A stretch of 35,740 nucleotides of DNA from Octopus sinensis (Eukaryota). Every line of letters begins with the position of its first letter. Position 1 is the first letter of the stretch. The stretch lies in the NCBI RefSeq assembly GCF_006345805.1, contig NW_021826227.1, positions 1 to 35,740 of the forward strand, in the 5' to 3' direction. Shown one piece after another: positions 10,645-22,749 of the stretch. The position numbers and the translations under genes were made by a program. The notes below the pieces were generated by a model that saw only the letters and a list, made by a program, of their open reading frames with translations, made no database searches and was not told where the DNA came from.

Positions 10645-11005
10645 CCGCTTGGGAACAGGTTCCGGTTTTTTACGTCCCAGTAATTTGGCCGATCGGTATC
10701 TTGTTAAATTCCTTACAACCACTTGAAACTTTTCACATTTTTACCACATCATTTTCAAAGCATTTACGTCTGATGCAGAATGCCTGCCGCTGACGATATT
10801 GCATTCATGTTTTTCTTTTTTCTGGTAAGTAATAAAAAAAAATCAAAAGTATAAAGTTGCGTAACTGTAGGCAAATCAGCGGAAGGGATCGCGAGAATAC
10901 GCAGCAGGCTTATCAACAAACTGGGGCCGATTTGTGCGACGACTAAAACACTTTAAGGCAGTGCCCCAGCATAGGCGCAGCCCAATGGATGACAAACGTA
11001 AGGAA
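10645..11005 (+). mobile_element. Old diverged SINE 3' half split by a ~180 bp insertion
   Basis: TTTACGTCCCAGTAATTTGGCCGATCGG (to ~10697) resumes at ~10880 and ends AAGGCAGTGCCCCAGCATAGGCGCAGCCCAATGGATGACAAA, resembling the SINE tail; repeated in X2 and X3. Confidence 0.55.
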
Positions 11006-11136
11006 TTGTTTAAAGCTATGGTTTAAATTCTACGCCATAAATTAGAATTGACGGATCTCATCGAAGACAGCGAACGGGAATTGAAGCTCTATGGTTTGTG
11101 TTCCTGAAATTTTAAAGGATGCAACAATAGAAAATG

Positions 11137-11196
11137 ATCTATCTATCGATCAATCAATCGATCTTCTATCTATATCTCTATCTATCTATCTATCTA

Positions 11197-11262
<66 letters not shown>

Positions 11263-11292
11263 CCTATATATCTACATATCTATCTATCTATC
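11137..11292. repeat. (TATC)n microsatellite 5' of Tx1 LINE
   Basis: Direct reading. Confidence 0.95.
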
Positions 11293-12765
11293 TGGAACGA
11301 GATAACGAGTAGGGTGGTCACTCTCGCCCAGCAATGGGCCGAGAGGAAAGTGTCCCTAAAAGGTCGGGCGGAGGTGGCGAACGCCTACATCGCGTCCATC
11401 ATCTACTACCGCCTGACCGTCGTACCTTGTCCCGACCCTACCATCACCAAACTAGAAGCATCCTTTCGCTTCTTGTGGAAAGGATGCGTCCCGATGGTCA
11501 GGCGATCCATTTGCTGCCAACACCCGTTAAAAGAAGGGCTGGGCATGCCGTGGTTGATGATGCGCAGACACGCGCTGAGACTGCGACATCTCCGGCTCTA
11601 TGTTCACGACGGTGAGCAGGTGTGGTCGCCGTTTGTGAGGCACGCATTCCCGCAACTCGTCTCCATGACCGAACAACAGTCGTGGATCAAAAAGAGGCCG
11701 AGGAAGGGCGAATGGCACCGCGAGTGTCGCGTTGCTCTCAAGCAACTCTGCCGTCCCAGGTCGACCTTGAGTGACTTCAACACAACCAAAGAATTCTATA
11801 GGGGATTAGTGGAGGGGAGGTACGACGACGATCTCGTGGCAAACCTTTGGCGTCGACGAGGAATACCTGACCCGCCTGTTTCTAACGACTTTCGGCCCGG
11901 GACCTATGGACAACTTCTAGAGATCCCTGGCCTGGCGGTGCTACCGAGAAGCGCTACCCGTTCGGGATAAGCTCTATAGGCATGGCTCGAGAAACACGGG
12001 GCCGACCTGCCCGAGATGCGGGCAGAGCGACGAAACCGCTCTGCACGCAATCGTTCAGTGTCCAGCAATTTCCGACCTTGGGCTTATGTCGAACGACTGC
12101 TGTCACGTGTGGGACGTGTCGGTTTATCAGCCGAGTCTATCGTTAATATCGTCACGCCTCCTTCCTTCAAACGGGAAGGAAGACCTATTTTATCATACTT
12201 GTGGCTATGGCGAAAGAATGTATCTGGTGGACGCGCCCGAAAGGATTGGAGACAAACACTTTCCTCTCTGGTCAATCTCTCATCAACTTCTTCAAGTATC
12301 ACATGAAGAGAGGAAGTGAGAGTAGAGAGGCAAATTTTGTCTAGCGAATGTTTTAAAAAAGATGGGTGAATGTAGCAAGGATGGCACGTATGAATGACGA
12401 AGCCACCTTGACTATGATTCTATGAACCGTAAAAATTAATACAGAGAGTTGCTTATTTGCAAAAAAAAAAATAAAGAAAGAAATATAACATGTGACTTCA
12501 TTGACCGAGGTTACCGTGGTCTTTTCCGTAGGTTTTTCTTTACACTTCATATTGACATTTCTGTGATTACGATCCCTATTGATCAACTTTTTCTCCTCTC
12601 CCCTTTATTTTATTTTTTAAATCCTCCCCTTTTTTGTCCTCTTTCTTTCCTTTTACGATCCCTTTTGATCGAAACCCAACCCCCTTTTTTTTACCCCCAA
12701 AAGAAAAGCTCTACCTTGTAATTTGTTCTATCTGTGTGAAGCCCTGTGTGGCTAATAAAGAAACA
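11293..12765 (+). mobile_element. 5'-truncated Tx1-clade (L1 group) LINE, lineage A: ORF2 thumb, zf-RVT region and 3' UTR
   Basis: W..RKVSLKGRAEVANAYIAS, FRFLWKG, EGLGMP and CX2CX8HX4C knuckle TCPRCGQSDETALHAIVQC (~12006-12062); T/C-rich 3' UTR, AATAAA at 12754; frameshifted. Confidence 0.92.
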
Positions 12766-12800
<35 letters not shown>

Positions 12801-12969
12801 ATCTATCTATGTCCATATATCTCTATCTATCCATCTATCTATCTATCTATGTATCTCTTTATCTATCTATCTATCAATCTATCTATCTATCTATCTATGT
12901 CTATATATCTCTATCTATCTATCTATCTATCACTGTCTATCTATGACTATCTATCTATCTTTCCATCAT

Positions 12970-13030
<61 letters not shown>

Positions 13031-13130
13031 CTATCTATCAATCTATCTATCAAACTATCATGTGTCTGTCTAGCTATCTCTCTCTCAATCATTGTCTGTA
13101 TCTTTATCTTTCTATCTCTCTATCTATTAC
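12766..13130. repeat. (TATC)n microsatellite 3' of Tx1 LINE
   Basis: Direct reading. Confidence 0.95.
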
Positions 13131-13896
13131 GTCTCTCCATATATCGATATACATATATATATACATACACACATATATACATTCATTTACATTTACTTAT
13201 TTTCACACACACAAACACGCACGCAGACACACACTTTCACACACACATATACATAATATAAAGGGAGAGGAAAATCAAATCATGGGACGCAACTTACAAG
13301 CATTGTACTACAATCCAGGCTCTGGAAACCACATCGAATGGTCCGGCAAAACGGGAAAATCTTTATGGTAAACAATCATTGTCTTTCACTTAGTTCCAAA
13401 ATTCCGAGTTCACTATTTCGGGTTTTATCCTGTGTAAAAGACATTAAAATAAGAATTAAATGTTACACATGAAGTAACTTACTTTTTAGCATATTTTATA
13501 TACAATGCAATTTAGTTATTTAAAACTGTGAACGACACGCCTTTGCTGCATGTATATTATAAGCATTAGCATCAGGTTACATCCTGCTGGTTGAAAACTG
13601 TACCACCAGTATAAACAAATGAAGAATATATATATATGCGCACATAATAATTATATATATGAATATATATAAACATTCACTACCTCTTACGAACAGAGAC
13701 TAACAGCACTTTATTGGTAAGTTACGATTTTCATTATATTATATCGGCCTTCTATTGGCCATTGTCCAGTCTCCTCAACGGCATTAGGATGGGATATAAA
13801 AGGTTCTCCACCCCTTAAGACTTCATAAAAAATTTGGGTCCCCAAATTACCTAAAATGTTCTTTTATGCTTTTATTTTTACTTCAGTAATTTTCAG

Positions 13897-14111
13897 TTAA
13901 CCCATTAGCATTGGCACTGGCACGTCGGGCCCAAATATTCTTCCTGTTTTCTGTGGAAACTGAACAGATCAGCCTTTTCACAACCACCATGCAAAGTTAT
14001 TCTAAAAGTAAGCAATCACATAATCAAAATCTCAAAGCTAGAAGATAACGTATGTTTATTTTAAATGATGATGTGAATAAATAAGTAATTCATCTGAATG
14101 TTGAAGGAGTA
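13897..14111. mobile_element. Possible decayed piggyBac-type MITE
   Basis: Begins TTAA-CCCATTAGCATT; degenerate complementary end AATGTTGAAGGAGTA; TTAA/CCC termini are typical of piggyBac. Confidence 0.4.
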
Positions 14112-14627
14112 TCCCCTTCTAGCTGGTACAATAATGAAACAGCAATTCCATCTCAAATTACGTGGGGTATTTTTAAGGACACTTTTCAGGTACGAGGGAG
14201 AGTGGTAAGAATGTTAGTAGTACAAAAAATCGGGTCGGTATTTTTCTTAGTATTTGACTTTTGTTAATTATTGTTTGAAGCCGAGAAGGGTCAAATGAGA
14301 GTAGAGACGGTTGAAAGCAAAAATTTGAAGAAATTTGTGATGTGTGTTGAGAGATTTAGGAGGCTGAGAGGAGGATGAAAAATCGATTGATCATAATAGT
14401 TGGAATAAATTTGGGATGCGTGTTATATATATTTTTATTTCTGTAGGTATCTATATATATATGCTGACTACTTAATGTTTTTAATACTGTGTATTAATGT
14501 AGGAGTTTATATGTATATATATTGTGCGTATATGTGTGTGTGTTTGCATGTATGTATGTAAGAGCTTGTATGTATATATTATGTATTTGTAAATGCAATT
14601 TTGGATATTTCATATGTATTGCATATG

Positions 14628-14678
<51 letters not shown>

Positions 14679-14679
14679 G

Positions 14680-14743
<64 letters not shown>

Positions 14744-14844
14744 CATATATGTATACATAGGACACACACACATATTTGCTATTTGGAATGTGTTCACTTG
14801 TCGATTGTCAGGTTGAACTTGTTTTACATTACAGCTTTATTTAT

Positions 14845-15560
14845 TTGGAATTAGGGAAGTGCATGAATGTCGGGCAGTATTTATGCTTACGATAAAAAAT
14901 AACGTCAGAGAATTTAACAGTGAGGAGTTGTGGAGGCGAAGAATAGTTAATGACCCTTTTATACATAACATACATTTACCTATATTTGTGTTGTAGAGGT
15001 GAGCTTCACATACTATGGACCACGATAGAGCGTGTTGGACATTGTTTTGAATTGAGGTTGTATATGTGTGTTGCTAAAAATTGAAATAGTTTAGATTCGG
15101 GATTAGTGAAAGAATACATATGAGCACGACAACGACATTGAAAATCCTCAGTGCCATTAATATGCACCCTTGCCTGGTGGGTGCATGGGGTAATCACGTG
15201 GCACTTATAGATTACGCTTTTGAGGAGACAGGTGTCTGCATACCATATATTTCAGAAGCGCGACAGTTGCAAGTGGTTGGGGTTTACTATTAGTAATGTT
15301 GATGTTGGTTGGTTTGTTGTTAGTGGGGAGAATCTAAATTAGGATTTATATTAGCATCGGATTGAGAGGTTGTAATGGAACTAATATTTGTCGTCTCGTA
15401 GACAGGGTTGTAGAATGTTGGCTTAAGATTAGTATTATACAATTGAGGTGGCTTATTAATGTTTGTATTATTGTATTGTGAAGTTTAGCTTGGGATTTTG
15501 GGGAAAATTTTGGTTTTATCCACACATAAAGCCTACCGGTGTTTTATAAGGACTTATGGA
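14845..15560 (-). mobile_element. Penelope-like element remnant, GIY-YIG endonuclease C-terminus
   Basis: Minus strand across frameshifts: TCNCR..TCLLKSVIYKCHV..VHINGTEDFQCR..HMYSF..LATHIYNL..WSIVCEAHLYN..KCMLC..LLNS..RH; matches the PLE CNCR/CL-VIY/YIG/H-SF/CxxC pattern. Confidence 0.8.
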
Positions 15561-15914
15561 GCCACGTGACCGCTGCTAGCTTTGTTGTTGTTGATGTGTA
15601 TGTATTTTCAAAATGTTTTATTCTTCAACTTTGAGATGTATTGTTGATTTTTTTAATTTTATCTTACTATAATCAGCAACAAACAGCTTCCGTCAATATT
15701 AAATTCTTTATTGGATAAAAAAAAACATTATCAAAACATGAAGTTCAAACAAAACAAATGTGCTTTGTTTTCTTCCAGGCACAAATGTCCTGTAGCAATA
15801 GTCTTTCATCGACCGACCTTTCCTCCAAAAAAATCAGTGGAATCATTCGATCTCCATACACAAATTATTTCCTCCTGGAACTATAAAAAAGGTACACACA
15901 TTAGGCGCCCTTTC

Positions 15915-15977
15915 TCTAAGCGGCACACTAAATTTCCCAGGTAAAAAATAGCGGCTTATACACCGGAAAATACGGTG
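15915..15977. mobile_element. Single pogo/Tigger-type terminal inverted repeat
   Basis: GCGGCTTATACACCGGAAAATACGGT resembles the recalled pogo-like terminus (reverse CCGTATTTTCCGG..TATAAGCCGC); partner TIR not seen. Duplicate at ~29500-29567. Confidence 0.5.
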
Positions 15978-16804
15978 TTTTTTTTTTGTCATATTATATC
16001 GACTTTCCTCCATAAACGTTACACCAAACACTTGACTGCGCATGCCTAAATGTCTACATTAAAGTATTTTCTAAGCTAAATTCTCTGCCTGATCTACAGG
16101 CTCATTAGGCCCCAGTATATCTCGGTATCGAACGTATTTCAACACACAAGGATACAACACACCGGATACCAGTCTGTCGCAATGTTAACCCCTGGTTAAT
16201 GCTGGTGCTTTTCAGATGAGAGCACTGGAAGTGTCTTTCTCGTGGACACAACTTACCGAAACAATAATCCATACGCCTATAGTGTGGTGCGCGCTTATGT
16301 ACATATCCGTGCGTATGTGGGTGTATTTTGTATGCATGTACACACACACACATCAATCTTTTATTCTTTTAATCTTTTGCTTTATTTAAGGTGAATTTCA
16401 AAGTCGTTATGCCAATCACATAATCCCCTTCCGACATAGGCCAAAAGTAAAGCTACGAAACTGGCTAACTTTGGAAGAAAACGAAACACCACATGTGACC
16501 GGATGGGAAGTAATTGAGAATCCATAACTTATGTGAATGGATCGAATAGATATAAACATTGTTTAGCTGAAAGAGTGCATATCCTGTTCAGATCTAAGAT
16601 GCTTAATTCTCTATTTGACTCTAGGTCGGGCATTTTCAGTCGTGGTCAAGTATAAATATATTTTGAAGAACTGAAAAATTCCGTCTATTCTTGATTAAAT
16701 TTTTGATATCTTTTTAGCCTTATAATTCAAGGACTCTTAAATGCTGTTTTTACTTTTCCCTTTTCCCATTTTCGTTTTTGTGCTTTCGCTTTCCGATTTC
16801 CGGA

Positions 16805-17880
16805 ACACTGGGCATGCTGTGGAAGACATGCACTGGGGCTGCGGCATCTCCAAACATTCTGCGTAAATGGTGAACAGGTGTGGTCATCGTTTGTCAAACA
16901 GGCTTTCCACAACTCATCTCCTTGAGTAAGCTGCAGTCCTGGGTCAAGAAGAGACCGGAAGAGTGTTACTGGCATCTGGAATGTTGCTAGGCACTCACTG
17001 TCCTCTACCAGGTGGGCAATGCGATCAGTGAAAATCCACTCTGAAGTTCTATGGAGGGTTAGTGGAGGGAAAGTGCGATGAAGCACTTGGAGAGACGCTA
17101 GGCGTTGACAAAATTGTGAAATAACCAGTCTGGTGAGGAGGACTTTCAAGACGGGGATAATGGATAACTTCTAGAAGTCCCTTGCTTGCAGTGCTATCGG
17201 GGGGCACTGACGGATCGAGATAAACTCTACAAGCACGGAATTGCTGTCTGACCGACCTACCCGAGATATGCGCAGAGCGATGAAATCATTCTGCACGCAC
17301 TCGTCCAGTGTCCTTGCATTACTGACTTGTGGAGTATGTTGAAAAGCTGTTATAAGTGTAGGCAGTTCTATCTATCGGCCGAGTCCGTAGTGAAGATCGC
17401 TCAGCCGCTTTCCTTAGTCCGGAAGGTCAGGCAATTTACTTATGTCTAATAGCAGTAGCGAAAGAGGCTGTATTGTGGACCAGGGTTAACGGACTAAAGG
17501 CAGAGACTTTTCTCTACGGCCAATCACCGTCAACTTTTTCAAATTTCCTTTGGAAAGGAAGATGAGGGTGCAGAGTGAAGTGCTGCCTCCCAGTACATTT
17601 GCCAAAGGTGGATGAACAGAGAGCGAAAATGGTACGTGTGAGTGGACTTACTCTAATAACACGCCTTTGGGCTAGTGAATTTGAGAGGGGGAGAGTGCTT
17701 TTCCAGATGCCCTCGAAGCGTCGAGTGGTTCAGGATTGGGGTGTGGGTACCTGAGCCAACTCCAGGGGATTCCTGCACCTATTACGAACTTTCATTGTTA
17801 TATTCTTTGGTCGGATATCATTGTTATTCTTTTAACTGTGTACTCGTTGTCTCAGCGTTAATTCTCCAGTGTTCATGTCT
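16805..17880 (+). mobile_element. Decayed Tx1-clade LINE, lineage B
   Basis: RHALGLRHLQTFCVNGEQVWSSFVKQAF and EIILHALVQCP homologous to lineage A; different 3' UTR. Confidence 0.88.
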
Positions 17881-17890
17881 ACTGTATCCT

Positions 17891-18122
17891 GTTTCTTTAC
17901 TACCCACAAGGGGCTAAACACAGAGAGGACAAACAAGGACAGACAAACGGATTAAGTTGATTATATCGATCACAGTGCGTAACTGGTACTTCTTTAATCG
18001 ACCCCGAAAGGATGAAAGGCAAAGTCGACCTCGGGGGAAATTGAACTCCGAAGATAACGGCAGAAGAAATACCGCTTAGCATTTCGCCCGACGTACTAAA
18101 GATTCTGCCAGCTCTCACCGCC
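17891..18122 (-). mobile_element. tRNA-derived SINE (octopus OR-like) with ~13 bp target-site duplication
   Basis: Minus head GGCGGTGAGAGCTGGCAGAATC..GAGTTCAA; flanks TCTACTGTATCCT / TCTACTCTATCTT. Confidence 0.85.
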
Positions 18123-18165
18123 TTTTCTACTCTATCTTCTCCGATAGCGGCCTATGGCAAATAAC

Positions 18166-18196
<31 letters not shown>

Positions 18197-18270
18197 TAAT
18201 AATAATAATATTAATAATAATAATAACAATAATAATATAATAATAAAATAATAATAATAATAATAATAGT

Positions 18271-18785
18271 AAGGGTTGTTTGAAGGATGTTGAACGAAGA
18301 TGTAGGCATCATCTTCTTGGTATAGAGGATGGGCTCCAGCAAATATTCTGCTCAATACCACAGATTTGCTTGTCAGTTGCTCGACGTTAACCAGTTGAGC
18401 ATGTCCCTTAGTGGCTGAAGATATGTGCATCTCTGATCGCAGAAGCAGAAGTAGTGGGGGAGTATCATAGCATGTGTTAAGAGGGTTTCTTTGGGGTTTG
18501 AATAATTCACCTCTGGAAACATGGGTGTTTCGTTCAAAATCCGTAAACAACTCTTACTCAGGGACCTTTTGAGCAGGATGGGTTACTCGACCAGAAGAAA
18601 ATTCTAACTGGGCCCCACATAGAAGGTCATGTGCTTTTTATCTTGATATGAGATCATCATGTTTCGCACTTATGGTTGTGATGCATGTGCCTGGTGTACC
18701 CTTATCAGACGGGTAGTCATGATGGGTATACTGGGCTTCGTATATTTTACCCTAGTGTCACTTTGATGGCATGCACTGCTCTCTA
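18271..18785 (+). mobile_element. Non-coding retroposon-like fragment bracketed by (TAA)n tracts
   Basis: (AAT)n at 18160-18270, (TAA)n then (TTA)n at 18788-18907; first 28 bp are inverted relative to 18528-18555. Duplicate ~31861-32360. Confidence 0.55.
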
Positions 18786-18802
18786 AATTAATAATAATAA
18801 TA

Positions 18803-18835
<33 letters not shown>

Positions 18836-19234
18836 TATATTATTATTATTATTATTATTACTATTATTATTATTTTTATTATTATTATTATAATTATTAT
18901 TGTTATTGGAAAGTTCTTCCGGCTAAACATTTCACTCACTTCTTCACAGTAAAATTATGTCATTTAATGCAATCGTTAATGTGATATTCCCTCCAGTTTC
19001 ATATTAAAGAAAAGCTTAGGCAGGGTTATGTATATATTACATCACACACAGAGACACACACACACACACGAACAATCGTACACATCAACTCTCCTCCTCT
19101 TCTTTCCCCTCTCTCTCTTCTATCACTCCCTCCACCCCTCTCTCATTTTAACTCTTCCACTTCCACCGCCAATCATCATAAACTGCTGACTGAAATTTTC
19201 AAATCGAAATTATATAATTAGAAATACAGATGCC

Positions 19235-19284
<50 letters not shown>

Positions 19285-19638
19285 GTCTTAGGATGTGGAA
19301 TGTTCGTATCCGCTAACACGGACCACGTCATCATAATACTGTCCACGAAGTGTTGATAGGAGCAAAGCTTATCCAAGACAAGTCGGTGGGCCTGCAACTC
19401 GGCAGATGGAGAGGCTGACCCATACCACCGACAGTTTGTAGGGCGCTAAAGTGAAAGACAGGTTAAACTGTTTGGGGTCTGGTCTGCTGTAGACCCCGAG
19501 GTTGGACAACAACGGGTGAGAGGTGACGAACAGGATAGTCGATCTCACCCAGAAATTGGCAGAGAGGAAGCTGTTCGTGAAGGGTCGAGTCGAGGTGGCG
19601 AATGCGTACATCGCTTCCGTCAACTATGACTGCCTGAA
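19285..19638 (+). mobile_element. Tx1-clade LINE lineage C fragment (RT C-terminal motifs), cut by duplication breakpoint
   Basis: VSANTDHVIII (decayed SAYADDV), GAKLIQDKSVGLQLGRWRG, VKLFGV, AERKLFVKGRVEVANAYIAS. Confidence 0.85.
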
Positions 19639-22492
19639 TATAATAACCACATTGTATCAAACGCCAGGATACAAGTGTTCGTCCGGTACGTGATTTTTGT
19701 TAATTTTTATGTCTTGACAAAGGCTGCGCGTGATGAGTGAAAAGTGCATTTTGTGCACTAATTACGGAATCATATGATGTTCAGCTACGTCTGTTTCTGG
19801 AGGCTCGCTTTGAGAGTTGCATTCCCTCGCGTTTTGTACAATGTGGGCATTATAGTAGTTATACTTGAAGAGTCCCTCCTAGCGTGAGGCATTTATGTAT
19901 AAGTAATGCCCTTAATATATATAAATATATCATAGGGAATAATTAATAAGTTATCCCTTCTGAGGTTTTCACAATAACTACTTGATAATCCTCGTAAAAA
20001 TTTTATCCTATATTTCAATTATATATATTTATTAGTAGCCCCAAACTTACTTTGTATATATATATACACACACACACCACTTATGGTATATATATATATA
20101 TATATATTTGACATATATGTATATATCTATGTATATGTGAGCGTGTGTATGTATATGTGTATGTGTTTCAGTTTATCCACTATGACCGCTTGGGAACAGG
20201 TTCCGGTTTTTACGTCCCAGTAATTTGGCCGATCGGTATCTTGTTAATTCCTTACAACCACTTGAAACTTTTCACATTTTACCACGTCATTTTCAAAGCA
20301 TTTACGTCTGATGCAGAATTGCCTGCCGCTGACGATAATTGCATTCCTGTTTTTCTTTTTTCTGGTAAGTAATAAAAAAAAAATCAAAAGTATAAAGTTG
20401 CGTAACTGTAGGCAAATCAGCGGAAGGGATCGCGAGAATACGCAGCAGGCGTAACAACAAATACTGGGGTCGATTTGTGCGACTAAAAACACTTTAAGCA
20501 GTGCCCCAGCATAGGCGCAGCCCAATGGATGACAAACGTAAGGAATTGTTATAGCTATGGTTTAAATTCTACGCCATAAATTAGAATTGACGGATCTCAT
20601 TGAAGACAGCGAACGGGAATTGAAGCTCTATGGTTTGTGTTCCTGAAATTTTAAAGGATGCAACAATAGAAAATGATCTATCTATCGATCAATCAATCTA
20701 TCTTCTATCTATATCTCTATCTATATATCTATCTATCTATCTATCTATCATTATCTATCTATCTATCTATCTATCTTCTATCTATCTATATCTATCTACC
20801 TATATATCTACATATCTATCTATCTATCTGGAACGAGATAACGAGTAGGGTGGTCACTCTCGCCCAGCAATGGGCGAGAGGAATGTGTCCCTAAAAGGTC
20901 GGGCGGAGATGGCGAACGCCTACATCGCGTCCATCATCTACAACCGCCTGACCGTCGTACCTTGTCCCGACCCTACCATCACCAAACTAGTACGCATCCT
21001 CTTCCGCTTCTTGTGGAAAGGATGCGTCCCGATGGTCAGGCGATCCATTTGCTGCCAACACCCGTTAAAAGAAGGGCTGGGCATGCCGTGGTTGATGATG
21101 CGCAGACACGCGCTGAGACTGCGTCATCTGCGGCTCTATGTTCACGACGGTGAGCAGGTGTGGTCGCCGTTTGTGAGGCACGCATTCCCGCAACTCGTCT
21201 CCATGACCGAACAACAGTCGTGGATCAAAAAGAGGCCGAGGAAGGGCGAATGGCACCGCGAGTGTCGCGTTGCTCTCAAGCAACTCTGCCGTCCCAGGTC
21301 GACCTTGAGTGACTTCAACACAACAAAAGAATTCTATAGGGGATTAGTGGAGGGGAGGTACGAAGACGATCTCGTGGCAAACCTGGGCGTCGACGAGGAA
21401 TACCTGACCCGCCTGTTTCAAACGACTTTCGGCCCGGGACCTATGGACAATTTCTAGAGATCCCTGGCCTGGCGGTGCTACCGAGAAGCGCTACCCGTTC
21501 GGGATAAGCTCTATAGGCATGGCTCGAGAAACACGGGGCCGCATGCCGGGCAGAGCGACGAAACCGCTCTGCACGCAATCGTTCAGTGTCCAGCAATTTC
21601 CGACCTGTGGGCTTATGTCGAACGACTGCTGTCACGTGTGGACGTGTCGGTTATCAGCCGAGTCTATCGTTAATATCGTCACGCCTCCTTTCTTTCAAAC
21701 GGGAAGGAAGAGCTATTTTTATCATACTTGTGGCTATGGCGAAAGAATGTATCTGGTGAACGCGCCCGAAAGGATTGGAGACAAACACTTTCCTCTCTGG
21801 TCAATCTCTCATCAACTTCTTCAAGTATCACATGAAGAGGAATGTGAGAGTAGAGAGGCAAATTTTGTCTAGCGAATGTTTTAAAAAAAAGATGGGGTGA
21901 ATGTAGCAAGTATGTCACGTATGAATGACGAAGCCACCTTGATTGATTCTACGAACGTAAAAATTATACAGAGAGTTGCTTATTTGCAAAAAAAAAAAAT
22001 AAAGAAAGAAAAATAAACATGTGCTTCTTGACAGAGTTTACCGTGGTCTTTTCCGTAGGCTTTTCTTTACACTTCATATTGACATTTCTGTGATTACGAT
22101 CCTATTGATCAACTTTTTTCCTCTCCCTTTACTTTTATTTTTTTCCCTCTCCCCCTTTTTAAAAAAATCCTCCCTTTTCTTGTTCCTCTTTCTCCTTTAC
22201 GATCCCTTTTGATCGAAACCCAACCCCTTTTTTTCCCCCCAAAAGAAAAGCTCTACCTTGTAAGTTGTTCTATCTGTGTGAAGCCGGTGTGGCTAATAAA
22301 GAAACATTATCTATTATATATCTATCTATCTATGTCCATTATCTCTATATCCATCTATCTATCTATCTAAGTATATATTTATGTATCTATCTATCAATCT
22401 ATCTATCTATCTATCTATGTCTATATTCTTATCTATCTATCTATCTATCATCATGTCTATATATGACTATCTATCTCTATCTTTCAAATCAT

Positions 22493-22525
<33 letters not shown>

Positions 22526-22542
22526 TATTATCTTCATCTATT

Positions 22543-22586
<44 letters not shown>

Positions 22587-22749
22587 ATATCTTCTATTCT
22601 CTATCTTCTATCAATCTATCTATCAAACTATCATGTGTCTGTCTAGCTATTCTCTATCAATCATTGTCTGTATCTTATCTTTCTATCTCTCTATCTATTA
22701 CGTCTCTCCTTATATCGATATACATATATAATATAACACACATATACAT
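19639..22749 (+). repeat. Segmental duplication block X, copy 2
   Basis: Starts TATAATAACCACATTGTATC as at 10100. Confidence 0.93.
20829..22306 (+). mobile_element. Tx1-clade LINE lineage A, duplicate copy
   Basis: Same 5' truncation and (TATC)n flanks as 11293-12765; the 195-aa ORF 20870-21457 is its ORF2 fragment. Confidence 0.92.

Larger units (their letters stand above)
10100..13175 (+). repeat. Segmental duplication block X, copy 1
   Basis: Colinear and highly similar to 19639-22749 and 33171-35740. Confidence 0.93.
13610..19638 (+). repeat. Segmental duplication block Y, copy 1
   Basis: Colinear with 27422-33170 (e.g. AAACATTCACTACCTCTTACGAACAGAGAC at ~13671 and ~27480). Confidence 0.93.

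Noticed and set aside
10785-10880. CTGACGA hammerhead candidate or CTG/GTAAGT splice donor
   Set aside because: No stem II or GAAA; the isolated donor has no supported exon.
11134-11970. 278-aa ORF as a host gene
   Set aside because: Fusion of (TATC)n translation with a LINE ORF2 fragment.
12634-13371. 245-aa YLSI-repeat ORF and similar IY/HT-rich ORFs elsewhere
   Set aside because: Microsatellite translations.
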